A stretch of DNA of 64,000 bases from assembly GCA_001662655.1 (NCBI GenBank), contig KV460212.1; one strand, 5' to 3'. Shown piece after piece: positions 25,055 through 36,343 of this stretch. This DNA comes from Pseudogymnoascus verrucosus (lineage: Eukaryota). A model generated the notes under the pieces. That model was not told where the DNA came from, ran no database searches, and worked only from the letters and a program-made list of their open reading frames with translations. How positions within the stretch are numbered: the first letter of the stretch is position 1; each line of letters begins with the position of its first letter. The translations under genes were made by a program, and so were the position numbers.

Positions 25055-26362
25055 CTAATTCATATCAGGAAGCCCTAAGTTATCCCCGAAAAGAGTCCTC
25101 ATATAACCGGTCCCATACGACGCTATCAGCTCCTCTCCAAATGCAATATCCCGAATCGTGCGCACCAGAATCCTGATCTTGTCAGCAACTAGTCTCTGTT
25201 CGAACTCGATATTCCAGTTTCCCTTCCGTGGCGACGTGTTAATAAACCGCGTCCAGTTCCCTTTCCACCCCGCCGAAACATCAGCTATCTTGTTGCCAGG
25301 CATCGACGTCTCCTCACCTTTCACGGTGACAATCACTGCTGCGTTGAGGTCTATTGTATAGACGTCATCTGCAAAGACGTTCTTTCTTATTGATGGATCA
25401 GCTCTGCCTGGCGGCAATAACAGACCGACGTACTCCCCGATAATTTCGTCTTTTGCGAATGCTTGCATAGCCATAACGCCCTTGTTAAGCAGGCTAGGAG
25501 CGCTGGGATAAGGGGGGTACTCGCGCACCTGAACACACGGATACTCAACATGCCATGAGACGCACGTGCAACCTGTATCGTCAGTGGTGGTGTCAACAAA
25601 AGTATTATCACAATCGCCGCAGATCAAAAAATCATCTGCTTGGTTAGCAAGGATGCCGACTGTCGCGTTGCGGACATTCTGCGGATGGTCGAGGTATGTT
25701 CGATTGGCTGGCCACGAATGAGGCGCGGTTTTGGGCCAGTATCTCCGGTCGAAGACGGACTCTTTGATGTTTTCCATAGGTTTGTCTATACGGGAGCCAC
25801 TCATGACCAAGTTTCGATCTGTTCCGCCGTTTAAACAAAAGTAGAAGGTATGGGGATGCTCACCTTCGAATATATCGTCGTCTAGGCCTAAGGGATGGGC
25901 GGGGACGTCAGGAGGCCAGACACCGCTGCGAAATGGTGCTGAATCCGGGCCTGTATCACTAATTTCGTCGAAATAGGTTATGAGAGTTTCTTTCCATGGG
26001 AGCTGGCGCGAGCGGGCAAAGAAATTGATGACAGCCATGTGCTTATCTAGCTCTATTAGTAAGGCCCTCCATAAACCATCTCTCTCGTTTTTAAATACCT
26101 CGATGAATGAATTAGAAGTGGAAAGCGCGCCGAGGTACATGAGCCTATGGAGACGCGGTTGGGGTGGCTGTGAGCTATTTAGAAACTGGGTGAACCGGGT
26201 GTTGGTCCGGTCACTGAACGAGATGGCATCAGCAAGCGCCGAGGTGCTGGTCTGAGGAAGTGGCTGTGCTGCATAGTGGCGCTCGAAGTCATGGAGAATA
26301 TCTGTCAAAAAGACTGCGGCTTTTCTACTATCGCCACGGAGAATCCTGATGATGATGTCCAT
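25055..26362 (-). CDS. Lineage-specific SET-domain protein (C-terminal SET, unknown N-terminus), intronless
   Basis: KGVMAMQAFAKDEIIGEYVG...GNWTRFINTS...IRDIAFGEELIASYGTGY matches SET motifs GxG, RFINHS and ELxxDY, with H>T in NHS. Cys-rich CGDC...CTC segment before the SET domain. Confidence 0.8.
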   Translation of the reverse strand: MDIIIRILRGDSRKAAVFLTDILHDFERHYAAQPLPQTSTSALADAISFSDRTNTRFTQFLNSSQPPQPRLHRLMYLGALSTSNSFIEVFKNERDGLWRALLIELDKHMAVINFFARSRQLPWKETLITYFDEISDTGPDSAPFRSGVWPPDVPAHPLGLDDDIFEGEHPHTFYFCLNGGTDRNLVMSGSRIDKPMENIKESVFDRRYWPKTAPHSWPANRTYLDHPQNVRNATVGILANQADDFLICGDCDNTFVDTTTDDTGCTCVSWHVEYPCVQVREYPPYPSAPSLLNKGVMAMQAFAKDEIIGEYVGLLLPPGRADPSIRKNVFADDVYTIDLNAAVIVTVKGEETSMPGNKIADVSAGWKGNWTRFINTSPRKGNWNIEFEQRLVADKIRILVRTIRDIAFGEELIASYGTGYMRTLFGDNLGLPDMN

Positions 26363-27179
26363 CGGATGGTCAAATAGAATGGTGAAGATAAAGGCACTTT
26401 ATCACCCCGGAAAAAGAGATGGATGTTGTCCTGAATATTGATGATGATTGCAAATAAGAACGAGATTTAGCATTTGAAAAATCGGTTTGTTCACATGAAT
26501 ATTATACGCAGGAGGGACAAAGACACGGCGAGAGCATTGTCTGGGAAGGAAATAAAGGAAGAAACCCATTTTCTTCTCAGCAAGAGGTATAACTCTGGAG
26601 AACCTCTGAGAGTAAATGGGATTATGAGTCTTTAACCCCCATAGCGCGGTATTGAGAAACTTTGGTTCCTTTGAAGTAGTGGTTCTTTTGTTTCCATGTC
26701 TCCAACAATAGGCCCAAATAAAGTGAAAGAGAGGAGATGCGGCAACAAAGGCAATAGCGAACATAACGTTCCTGCCTTCTTTGTCAATTCTATAATCGGA
26801 GCTGCGCCCCAAGTAACTGTGGATGACAACAATAAAACAATGAGGACATTCAGGAGAACAAATCTATTGGTGTTACCGGAAATAGCTCGAGTAAAGGCGC
26901 ATATCTCGAAGGGTCTGACAAATCTAATTTTGGCGCAGCTCCTGTCATAAACACCGTGATGAGGCTTTTGAGTTTGTGTGTATTTTTGTTCAAAGTTTCG
27001 CGCGGCTCAGAAAGACTGGGGGGTTATGCATAGGTGGCTGTCATCCATGATATATTCCTTGCAACCCAACGCATGGCAGTGAAGTCATGCGCGCGCATAG
27101 ATACCCAGTCTCTTTCCATCTGCCACCTGCGGTTTCTTATCCTCAATGTCTCATCTCTCACCAGCAGATTTTAGAAAAT

Positions 27180-28661
27180 ATGTTGCTACATGGCCTCCCT
27201 GGCGAGATTATCCTTGACATCATCAGCCACATCGGGCAGAGTGAAAGTGATCTCGCTACATTGTGCCTTTCGTCGCGATACTTACGTAGCCTCGCGACCC
27301 CAATTCTATACCGGAGACTTTGTTGTCGCGATGATAATTTATCGAACCGTCGTCTGGTTCCATTGATTCTACGATCACTACTACGTGACCGGGCATTAGG
27401 AGGGTTTGTCCAGGAGCTGGATATTTCGCCTAGAAGCTGCGAGTTCCTTGGCTACTCCTTCATCTATGAGGACAAGATACTGATACCAAAGGTGGTAACA
27501 GAAATCGTAGAGATTGGTTATTTTAAGCAACATTATGGCTTTAGCGCAACACCGCCGATTGACAGGTGGCAGATTTACAGAAGGTGGTGGGAGCAAACGT
27601 GGGAAGGGAATTGGTATGCTATAATTACAATTATTATTTTTTTGTGCCCGAGCTTGAGAAAAATACGCTGTAAGAGACGGAACGGTGTTCTCCCAAGCGA
27701 CGGGGAAGAAAACTATATCGAGTGGTTCTTTAGAGTTGTCAGACACAGCCAACAAGCAATGCGAGACGGAGCCATACGAACAAAGCCGCGGGCTTTGTTA
27801 GAGGAACAGGGCCCAAAGAGCATGGCACCGTTGCTCCCTCACCTTCGGCACGGAAGGTTTACATTCAAGCCGGAATGGGGACACCCCAGCGATGGGGTAA
27901 AGTTAGAGCTACTTCTGTTAATACAGACGCCATCAGTCGAGTCACTACACCTCAATGGCTTCGTACAACTTACCCAGATTAGGCTCGACTTCCTGTCAGG
28001 CCTAAAGACTCTCATCATGGAACAATGTGTTTGTGAGGCAAGAGTAGTTGGGTGTATTCTCCGGGCAAGCGTACGCCTGGAGAATTTCTCATACGTGCAT
28101 GGACACGATAAGGCCACTACCAGCAAGTTTGACCCACAGTTGATGATGGAAGGTCTGTTGTGCTTGACAGGATCATTGAGGCAGCTGCGTCTTACAGGGG
28201 GCAGTCCTTTAGCCATCGAGTCGAACTCCGCGAGAAATTCTAGGCTAGGATCTCTTGTGGACTTTACTGTCCTCACCCACCTCGTTCTCCCGGCGGAGTT
28301 TCTAGTTGGAACGGCAACAGGAACTGGCCAATGGGATCTAGAACTGTGGAAGCTTGTTCCCCGATGTCTCGAGTATCTGCTTATTGGTAGACTCGAAAAT
28401 GAAGTGATGTTGGCCTTCGCCCAGCAGGAGGTACTGGAGTTGGTTAAGAGAAAGTCGATTGTTGCCCCTAAACTGAATCGCATTATCCTGCAGAATATCA
28501 GTCCTGTCGACGCAGACGGCGGTGCTCTAATGCTCCTGAAGGAAGCATCTAGAGCAAATCAGGTCTGGCTCAGCATCTATTACGGCAAACAATCCGACGA
28601 CGATGCCATCTGGCTATCATTGGATTTTGGAGCTTTAGGGATTCATAAGAACTACGATTAG
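27180..28661 (+). CDS. F-box-like / leucine-rich repeat hypothetical protein, intronless (ORF opens at 27087)
   Basis: N-terminal LHGLPGEIILDIISHI...DLATLCLSSRYLRSLATPILYR is an F-box-like signature. LRR-like repeats follow (LKTLIM, LENFSY, LRQLRL, LTHLVL, LEYLLI). Confidence 0.75.
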   Translation: MLLHGLPGEIILDIISHIGQSESDLATLCLSSRYLRSLATPILYRRLCCRDDNLSNRRLVPLILRSLLRDRALGGFVQELDISPRSCEFLGYSFIYEDKILIPKVVTEIVEIGYFKQHYGFSATPPIDRWQIYRRWWEQTWEGNWYAIITIIIFLCPSLRKIRCKRRNGVLPSDGEENYIEWFFRVVRHSQQAMRDGAIRTKPRALLEEQGPKSMAPLLPHLRHGRFTFKPEWGHPSDGVKLELLLLIQTPSVESLHLNGFVQLTQIRLDFLSGLKTLIMEQCVCEARVVGCILRASVRLENFSYVHGHDKATTSKFDPQLMMEGLLCLTGSLRQLRLTGGSPLAIESNSARNSRLGSLVDFTVLTHLVLPAEFLVGTATGTGQWDLELWKLVPRCLEYLLIGRLENEVMLAFAQQEVLELVKRKSIVAPKLNRIILQNISPVDADGGALMLLKEASRANQVWLSIYYGKQSDDDAIWLSLDFGALGIHKNYD

Positions 28662-28826
28662 TATATAGGTTATCGCCAAACCACCAGCTGAGCTCGTTGT
28701 CCAACAGGCAGCCCAACTTCTAATTTGAGTCCACACCATTCACAACGAAGGAGAACAGGGATGGGAAACTGCCAACAAGCACATGCACTGTATATGCTAC
28801 CAAAAATCTTCTGTATCTTCGATATT

Positions 28827-29840
28827 TTAGCTTGCCGCCTGTATCACGCCATCTCCCGGTGTAGCCAAAGGCTGAACCTTGCTGTCAGGCTGTAACTGCT
28901 CTGCATGCGTTCCTTCCTCCAATGACCTCATCTCAGTCTCTTCACAATCCTTCCCAGGCTGCCCATTGACAGTCGTATCAGCAGAATCAGCAGAATCAGC
29001 ATTTTTGCCATTCTTAGAGGTATCTAGAGGGCCGCCATTTTCGTCTTTTGTAACAGCAAGAGTGTTTTCGGTGAGGGAGATTTCCTCGTTCCTCGTCGAT
29101 TTCCTCATTTTCCGCACCTTAAACCACACCATCATTCCCATGATAGACGACAGCAACAACGCAGTGACAACGCCCATAACTATCTTGCCAGGGTGACTGA
29201 GTAAATCATCATCGATCTCCTTGACCGACCAAGGGTAGCAGTTTGACTTCACGACGATGTAGATACCGAGGCCGACATAGAGGAACGGTATTATGAATGA
29301 AGCATATTTTTCGGCCAGCCGTAGGATATGCCTCTGCTTCATAATAAGAAAGGCCATAAGACACCAGATGCCGAGTAGAATGTAGTAGACCACGACGTAG
29401 ACGGCGACCTCCGCGCCCTTCGCTTGGGAGAAGAGAGGTATATAGGTGCCGATATTATCGCCCCCATTCATGATCGTAATGAGGGCAACCTTGAAGACTG
29501 ATTTGGCATTGGCGATGCGCTGAGATTCCGATTCTTCCTCCTCCGCATCGTCATTTTGGGGAAAGATCAGGTCATAGAATTTCCATACACCAAGGAGAAT
29601 GGGTAAAAGGCCCAAAAAGCCAATAGGTTCGGACGGGAGTGCCACCGCAACAGCAAAACCGATTAGACTGATAACTACAATGACGGTGAAACCGAGATAT
29701 TGTCCAAGAGTGATCTTAAGGGGAGTGAGATTCCTGGAGGTTGAGGACTCGGCGAAGAAGGTCACGAGCACGAACGCGTCGTCGATGTTGGTCAGAACGA
29801 ACGTAAGACATGCTGTGCCTATGGCACTGCCGAACTGCAT
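28827..29840 (-). CDS. Cadmium resistance transporter (CadD family), intronless
   Basis: Duplicated CadD motifs FVLTNIDDAFVLVTFF / GQYLGF and ITIMNGGDNIGTYIPLF, plus IGFLGLLPILLGVW and IIPFLYVGLGIYI. Confidence 0.88.
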   Translation of the reverse strand: MQFGSAIGTACLTFVLTNIDDAFVLVTFFAESSTSRNLTPLKITLGQYLGFTVIVVISLIGFAVAVALPSEPIGFLGLLPILLGVWKFYDLIFPQNDDAEEEESESQRIANAKSVFKVALITIMNGGDNIGTYIPLFSQAKGAEVAVYVVVYYILLGIWCLMAFLIMKQRHILRLAEKYASFIIPFLYVGLGIYIVVKSNCYPWSVKEIDDDLLSHPGKIVMGVVTALLLSSIMGMMVWFKVRKMRKSTRNEEISLTENTLAVTKDENGGPLDTSKNGKNADSADSADTTVNGQPGKDCEETEMRSLEEGTHAEQLQPDSKVQPLATPGDGVIQAAS

Positions 29841-30149
29841 GATAGCAGATGTCGGTTCAGAGAACCACGTCTCAGTCCGTAGGAGGTTCAGGGACAGTAG
29901 GAGGAGACAAGTTGGTGAGAGGAAAACACGCGGCCTCACATAGTGGAGCGGTTCGCCTACGGGGGCGTGCACAAAACGCACGACACATCAAATGCGCCAG
30001 TGCCTTTGGTGACAATGGCCCCAATCCCCCGAATCCTTAATGATGTGCGGGTATAATTATAAAACTATAAAATTATCTTAAAGTAGACATATAACTTTAT
30101 AACACTCGTAAATATCGTTTCTAATCTACACTAAGTCTTGGCTTAGAAA

Positions 30150-30468
30150 GTGCCAAGCCTAGCCTTATATCAAGGCTACAACGCTGGAGCCCATACTTGG
30201 TCCCCTTTCGTTGCCAAACTCGAAGCCCGCCTGAGCTTCTCCTACCTACCTTATTCTGTACACATGGGGGCCTCAGCAGAGTCTCCGAAGGGGAGGCTCT
30301 CCTATGTACGTATTGAAGAAGAGGACGGACTATCAACCCCGGTCAGCGACTCTATGTTGATTGCGCGGATGTTGATCAAATTATAAGCCATCGACGACCT
30401 GAATGCGCACCTCTCCCCGCCTAGGCGGGCACTGGATCTCGCCATCCGGGCACTACTTAAAAGACAAA
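30150..30468 (+). pseudogene. Truncated glutathione S-transferase (metaxin/FAX-like thioredoxin fold) pseudogene
   Basis: WSPFVAKLEARL...SPKGRLSYV...DSMLIARML matches the GST-N/FAX pattern. There is no ATG (GTG at 30150), an in-frame TAA at 30384-30386, then DLNAHLSP...DLAIRALL followed by a frameshift. Confidence 0.7.
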
Positions 30469-31017
30469 TGAAATAGTCAAGGGATTGCCCAATCTTATGA
30501 ACTACGCGGATAGAGTCTATGACGCGTACTTTCCAACTACCATAATTGGACTTGGCAGGGCGAGCTTGTGTAGCGTTTGGTGTTTAACTATACCCCATTG
30601 AATTTCAAATCTCATTCGACCAAAACGGAGGAGTTGCAATTCGAGAAGAGACGTGGATGGTTCTTGGCGGCCATTCAGAATCACGAAGGGAGCTACTTTG
30701 GTGTGCGAGGCTGTGAGATATATAGCGTGCTACAAGTTGCTAAATGCGACGACATTTGTGCTTATATGACCGCGCCATTAAGTACGATGATGCACTCTAT
30801 AAGTGATTTCTTTAGTCCATTTCACACAAAATATACCAGTTCATTGCCCACTCCATAGAGCTCGACTGTAAGTTCTGTAAATTCGTCTCATTCTCTCCTC
30901 TTTCACTTCACATTGTCCGTCCAAATCGCATACCTTTATCTCATCTCCCAAAGTTACTCTTACTTAGTCCCCTTTCCCCTTCCATTACTCACACCCCCAT
31001 ACAATTACAATCCCACC

Positions 31018-32358
31018 ATGCGACCCGGCCTCTCAGAAATCATTCGCGCCACCGCGACCTCCCTCCCTCCCATAACAGACAAATCATTCGCATCCCACTT
31101 CGACTTCCTCTCCCGCCACCACCTCGTACTGCTCGGGGACTCCTCCCACGGGTCCTCCGAGTTCTACCACGCTCGCGCTGAAATCACCAAACGCCTAATC
31201 GAGCACCACGGCTTCACAACCGTCGCTCTAGAAGCCGACTGGCCGGACGCAGAATGCATTGATCGCTATATCCGCGAGCGTCCTGGGCCGAAGACGGAGT
31301 TGAAGGAACATGAACCCCCAGATGCGCCGTTTGAGCGGTTTCCAACGTGGATGTGGCGTAATAAAGAAGTACAAGATTTCACGCACTGGTTGCGAGACTA
31401 CAATACATCGCAACTCAGCCCCGATCGTGCGGGAGTCTTCGGGCTTGATCTCTACAGCATGGGCAGCTCGCTGAACGCAGTGACCAAGTACCTCGACTCC
31501 GTGGATCCTGTGCTGGCCGAGACGGCTAGGCGGCGGTACGCGTGCCTTGACCCCTGGGTGGATGACCCGTCGGAATACGGGATTGCGTCTATGATGTCCC
31601 CCGCCTTCAAGTCGTGTGAGGAGAACATCTCATCGGTCCTCATGGACCTTCTGAAGCGGCGCCTCGAGTACGCGGCTGCGAGGGGGGATGGCGAGGAATT
31701 CCACAGCGCGGAGCAGAATGCTCGGCTCGTTGTTGACGCGGAGAGGTATTATAGGTCGATGTTCTATGCCGATGACAAGAGCTGGAATCTGAGGGATCGG
31801 CATATGTTCGATACGCTGAATCGCTTAACGAAGTTTAGGAGGGGCGGGGTGGTGGTGTGGGCGCATAATAGCCATCTTGGGGATGCGAGATATACGGATA
31901 TGTCGAAGAGGGGGGAGTTGAATCTAGGACAGTTGTGTAGGGAGAAATGGGGCCCGGGGGTGGCAATTTTGGGATGCGGAAGCCATGATGGGACTGTGGC
32001 GGCGGCGCACTCTTGGGATGGGGATATGCAGACTATGAACGTTGTAGCTTCGCGCGAGGATAGCTGGGAAAGAGTTGCGCATAATACGGGGATGGCGAGT
32101 TTTGTGCTTAATATCCGCGAGGCGGGTTTGCATGATGAGCGGCTGAAGAGGGCGTTGGAGGAGCAGAAGCTGGAGCGGTTTATTGGGGTTATTTATAAGC
32201 CGGAGACGGAGAGGCAGAGCCATTATAGTAGGGCGGCGCTGGGGAAGCAGTTTGACGCGTGGTTATGGTTTGATAGAACGGAAGCGGTGAAGCCGTTGGA
32301 GAAGAGGCAGTTGAAGACGCCAGCGGGGTTGGAGGAGACCTATCCTTTTGGGTTGTAG
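31018..32358 (+). CDS. Erythromycin esterase family protein (EreA/EreB-like), intronless
   Basis: Motifs VLLGDSSHGSSEFY, GFTTVALEADWPDA, FPTWMWRN, GLDLYS, SWNLRDRHM, VVWAHNSHLGDAR, ERFIGVIY and QFDA...ETYPFGL. Confidence 0.92.
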   Translation: MRPGLSEIIRATATSLPPITDKSFASHFDFLSRHHLVLLGDSSHGSSEFYHARAEITKRLIEHHGFTTVALEADWPDAECIDRYIRERPGPKTELKEHEPPDAPFERFPTWMWRNKEVQDFTHWLRDYNTSQLSPDRAGVFGLDLYSMGSSLNAVTKYLDSVDPVLAETARRRYACLDPWVDDPSEYGIASMMSPAFKSCEENISSVLMDLLKRRLEYAAARGDGEEFHSAEQNARLVVDAERYYRSMFYADDKSWNLRDRHMFDTLNRLTKFRRGGVVVWAHNSHLGDARYTDMSKRGELNLGQLCREKWGPGVAILGCGSHDGTVAAAHSWDGDMQTMNVVASREDSWERVAHNTGMASFVLNIREAGLHDERLKRALEEQKLERFIGVIYKPETERQSHYSRAALGKQFDAWLWFDRTEAVKPLEKRQLKTPAGLEETYPFGL

Positions 32359-33012
32359 GTTCTGCCGCGACGGAAGATGTGATGGAGGGGGCTACTATAG
32401 CTCCTATTACCCTAATATTTCATTCAAAGGGTTGAACTACCCGATGATTAATTTAACTTACTATAAAGATAACGCTGACTTTGCCAAATCCATTTCATCT
32501 TTCTACATCTTTACTGAGCTAGCTATTGCGCCTTCTAAGGGAAGATATCAACCAAGCATTTGGAGACCTTTTATGTAGTCCTAAATGTTCTTAAGAGGAC
32601 CCAACTTGCCTGCCCCGCTTATGCAACCCTTCATTTTGCAACCTCCTACTTAATTAAAGGCCAATGATCGTTTTTTTTTGGGTTTATGAGAATGGGACAC
32701 ACTAGATTTTAGTTACTGTCTGCATACATCTAATGTCCTAGACACCCAAGAAGAATATTTGCGAAATGCATGCTCGTGGTAGTAAAGCCGGCCAAGTTGA
32801 GTGCAGTTGGACTGAGAAATGCTTCCGCCTGAAGTTCAATATGCATGCTGACTCTATGGACCCGCTGATTAACTTCTAGCGACTAGCCTATTTCAACTCA
32901 TGGAGCCGCTCTCTTCTGCCTTACCTAAATCACTTCAGCTTCCCTCGCTCATCAGGGTCAGCGTCTACTTTAATAAAACTTACTGCTTCTTATTTATACT
33001 ACAATTAATACA

Positions 33013-34224
33013 ATGTTAGCAGCATTAGTTGGCATCGTGAATGATATTGCGAATGGTGTTGCCCTAGGACCACAGAATCGAAAGGTGAAGAAATATCTCG
33101 ATGACGCTACATGCGGTAGGTGAATAATTGCGGATATCTAGTCGATTGCACGATGTATCTGACTCGGAATAGACTCAGTTATTCAAGACCTTAGCAAAGT
33201 ACTTTCGCCGCAACTGAGCGGGCTCAAGGAGCGAGAATACTTGAGAACTATATTTTACAAGCACTGCATCGAGGGCTTATCCCAGCAGAAATGCAAGTTT
33301 TGTCTTCTCATCTGGTAAAGTAACTACTTATGTGATATCAGACTGGAATGAAGAAAGCTTCACAAGGCATGTGAGAAGCACCCATTCCGAAGCTGCAATC
33401 TCTTCCGCCGCGCTCCAGCTTCTTTGGAGAAGTTTCCATTTCTACGCCCATCATCCATTTCGCCGGGACTCCCAACACGGACAGTTCGATTTTGACGCCT
33501 TCCAACGCGCCGTCTTGCTCACAGCCTTCCAATGCGACGACCTCCTCGGTAGGCGGGAACTTGACTGGTTCTGGCGCAACGATGCGGCATTCTTCCGCAG
33601 AGCTAGTTTTGAACGAATGTTTCGAAGCATTGAGGTCCCAGAGACTACAACTCAGCTGTTAAAGGAGCAAAATGACATTAATTCTGCGTTGAGTGATGCT
33701 ATGGATGTTTTGATCGTGGTTGTGCCTCAATTTATGCACGCGGCTCCGTCGCCAGAACAGCTTGAGGTTGTGGCGCCGAACCTGTTTGCTAGGGAGCCTA
33801 TCTTGACGCAAAGAGAATTGAGGCGGGAAGATGTATCGATCTTGATGGATTTGTTGCTGCGAATGAGATTGAGCGAAGAGAAATGGGGCTTGGTTTACCA
33901 CTTGGGCGATTGTGTGGATGCTAGTCCGGCAGACAAAGAGTTGACTGAGGCGTTAGTTAACAGCCTAACAGGGGATGGCAGCGAGAAAATCGTCACATAT
34001 GACCAGCTTCTTCTAGCAATAGACACAGTGGTCAGTGTCTATTCACATTACAAGTACATGAAGAGCAGCTTTTACTGAAACCTTCACAGCCTAACCTCCG
34101 GGTGGCATTCTATCAGCTATGGGCTGTCTTGTTCCAACCTCCAGCACCCACCGCTGAGGCGAAATTATCTAGAGCACTTGAAGCTATGCCAACTAATATC
34201 AATGGAGGCGTCTGGTCGATCTAG
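33013..34224 (+). CDS. Hypothetical protein; 4 exons (33013-33115, 33172-33292, 33342-34030, 34090-34224); second intron is GC-AG
   Basis: Splicing gives a continuous frame MLAALVGIVND...QQKY|WNEESF...AIDTV|PNLRVAFYQLWAVLFQP...WSI*. Donors GTAGGT, GCAAGT and GTCAGT. Confidence 0.65.
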
Positions 34225-34359
34225 AAAAAGAGCCACTGCTCCAATGAACATGGGCGAGAAACTGTCGATAAACTCATATATTTTATATACTACCAAGTAT
34301 TCTGTATTAGTTCCGCCCACCCCTCCCCATACCACCTCCGATCATTATTTACTCATTAC

Positions 34360-36343
34360 TCAATAATATAACGCCTTCTGCCACCACGCACACCTCGCAT
34401 TCGCGGTCGTATCCGTAATCTGCGTCCCCAACTTCCCAATATTAATAACCTGGGTACTCGAATTCCCCCCATAGAGCGGGAAGAACGGCACGCCCTCCTC
34501 ATTTGGATTCCCATTCATCGTAAAACTCGTAATATAATCCTGCAACGCCTCCGCAACCGTCCTATCAACCGGCAACCCCTGGTTCGGCGTCGTCGTGTCC
34601 CCGTTGAAAAAGGTGTACGCTACGTCCTCGCCGTGTAGTCCGGGGGGGACGCTGAAGTAGTAGCTGTACGTGTTGTTGCCGTAGGCGAGGTCGAGGGCGC
34701 GCGTGTTGCACGTGAAGACTGATTCGGAGACGAGGACGGAAGTGCGGGAGAGCTGGGTGGTGTAGGGGAGGGAGCCGTCAAAGTTGGGGGGGTAGAGGTC
34801 TGTGACGATGGTGTCGAGGGCGGAGGGGAGGATGGCGGGGACGGAGCCTTGGAGGTACTCCTTGAGGGTGGTATCGTTGGTGACGAAGGGGGAGGCGAAG
34901 AGGAAGCCCTCTTCGGAGTTGTGGCCCAGCATGACTTTGAGGCTCTTGTCGAATTGACCGTGGAGGAGCAGCTCGGCGGGGAGCTTGGGGGCGAAGTCTC
35001 CGTCGACGGTTGGGCCGTAGGTGAATGTACCGTAGTTTGAAAGACCAGTCACGGCGTAGTTGGTGTAGTACAGCTGCTCGGCCGTCAGGTTGCGAAGATC
35101 ATCGACCGTGGCGACCTGCTTCTGGGCGATAAGAGATGCGAAGCTGAGGGTCTTCTCAAAGACGGCCTCGTTCTGGTAGTTGCTCGGACTTGGAACCCAC
35201 CCGGGGCTCTGCGCGATGGCCTGTTGGAATGGGACCTTGCCCTTCAGCCCACCGTAGGCAGTGATCTGGTGCATGATAGATCCACCGCCAGCGCTTTCAC
35301 CGATGACTGTGACACGGTTCGGGTCACCGCCGAAGAGGTGGATGTTCGTTTGCACCCACTCGAGCGCCAAACGCTGATCGTGCAGACCGATGTTGGCAGT
35401 GCCGCTCGCCTGGTACGTGGGTCCGGACAGCCATCCGAACATGCCTAATCGGTAGTTCAGAGCTACAAAGATGATTCCCTTCTCATCACCATCTCTGGCG
35501 CTGTCAAGGAGAGTGGCGGGATTGCCGCTTCCCGTCTTTGAACCTGCAGTGTATCCGCCGCCGTAGATCCAGACAAGTACTGGGGCTACTATTCATTAGC
35601 AAGGAGCGTTATTGGGAATGAAATACACCTACCACCACCTTTCTTGGGGTTTTTCTTCGGAGCCTCATAAATCGACTTTGGCGTATAGACATCCAAAAAC
35701 AGGCAGTCCTCAGTCGTCCCCGGGCCTGGCTTTGGGATATCAGCCAAACTGAAGCCGCCGCCGGAGCCCGAGCCCGAGCCTGGTCTGGTTAGGTTCTCAA
35801 TGGGCGTTCCCGTCAAGAATGCCTGCGCAGTCAAGAGCCATGCTATAATCGTTAGCAACATGTTAGTGAGGGCGGTTCATCTAAGTACCTGGGTTGGCTT
35901 GAGGGCAAATGGGATTGCCGGCCCCATTGTTGACTGTCTTATTCCTGCCTGTCGGCGGAACAGGGGCTCTGAAGCGCAGATCTCCAACTGGAGGGGCAGC
36001 GTATCTGATGTTGCCAAATGTGTAGTATGGGTGCTTTCCAGTGTCCTATGGCAACAGTCAGCTACCGCAAATCTTTGAAGCTATGCATAACCCATGGCAC
36101 TTAAACCCTGAGGCGGCAACTGTCTCATGTCTATAACACTATGCCAAGGGAACCCCGTGCAGCTGTCAATGGAAAGAAACAACTCACATTAATCGAGGCA
36201 CTCCACAACCCGTACCCCAGATCCACCGTTGGCAACGGCGTAGGACAGCTTGTCTTTGTGACAGTCACCTTTGCCTGCACCGCAGCCGCCGTCGCCGCCG
36301 TAGCAAGCGCAACAGCGCCAAAGAGAGCAGAAACACGAACCAT
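34360..36343 (-). CDS. Secreted type-B carboxylesterase/lipase; exons 36343-36188, 36045-35889, 35842-35633, 35585-34360
   Basis: Signal peptide; NIRYAAPPVGDLRF; EDCLFLDVY; PVLVWIYGGGY; nucleophile motif GESAGG; GHNSEEG; GLHGEDV. Confidence 0.93.

Noticed and set aside
24830..34300. Accessory block as cargo of a Starship giant transposon
   Set aside because: No DUF3435 tyrosine-recombinase captain gene or recognisable boundary repeats in the window.
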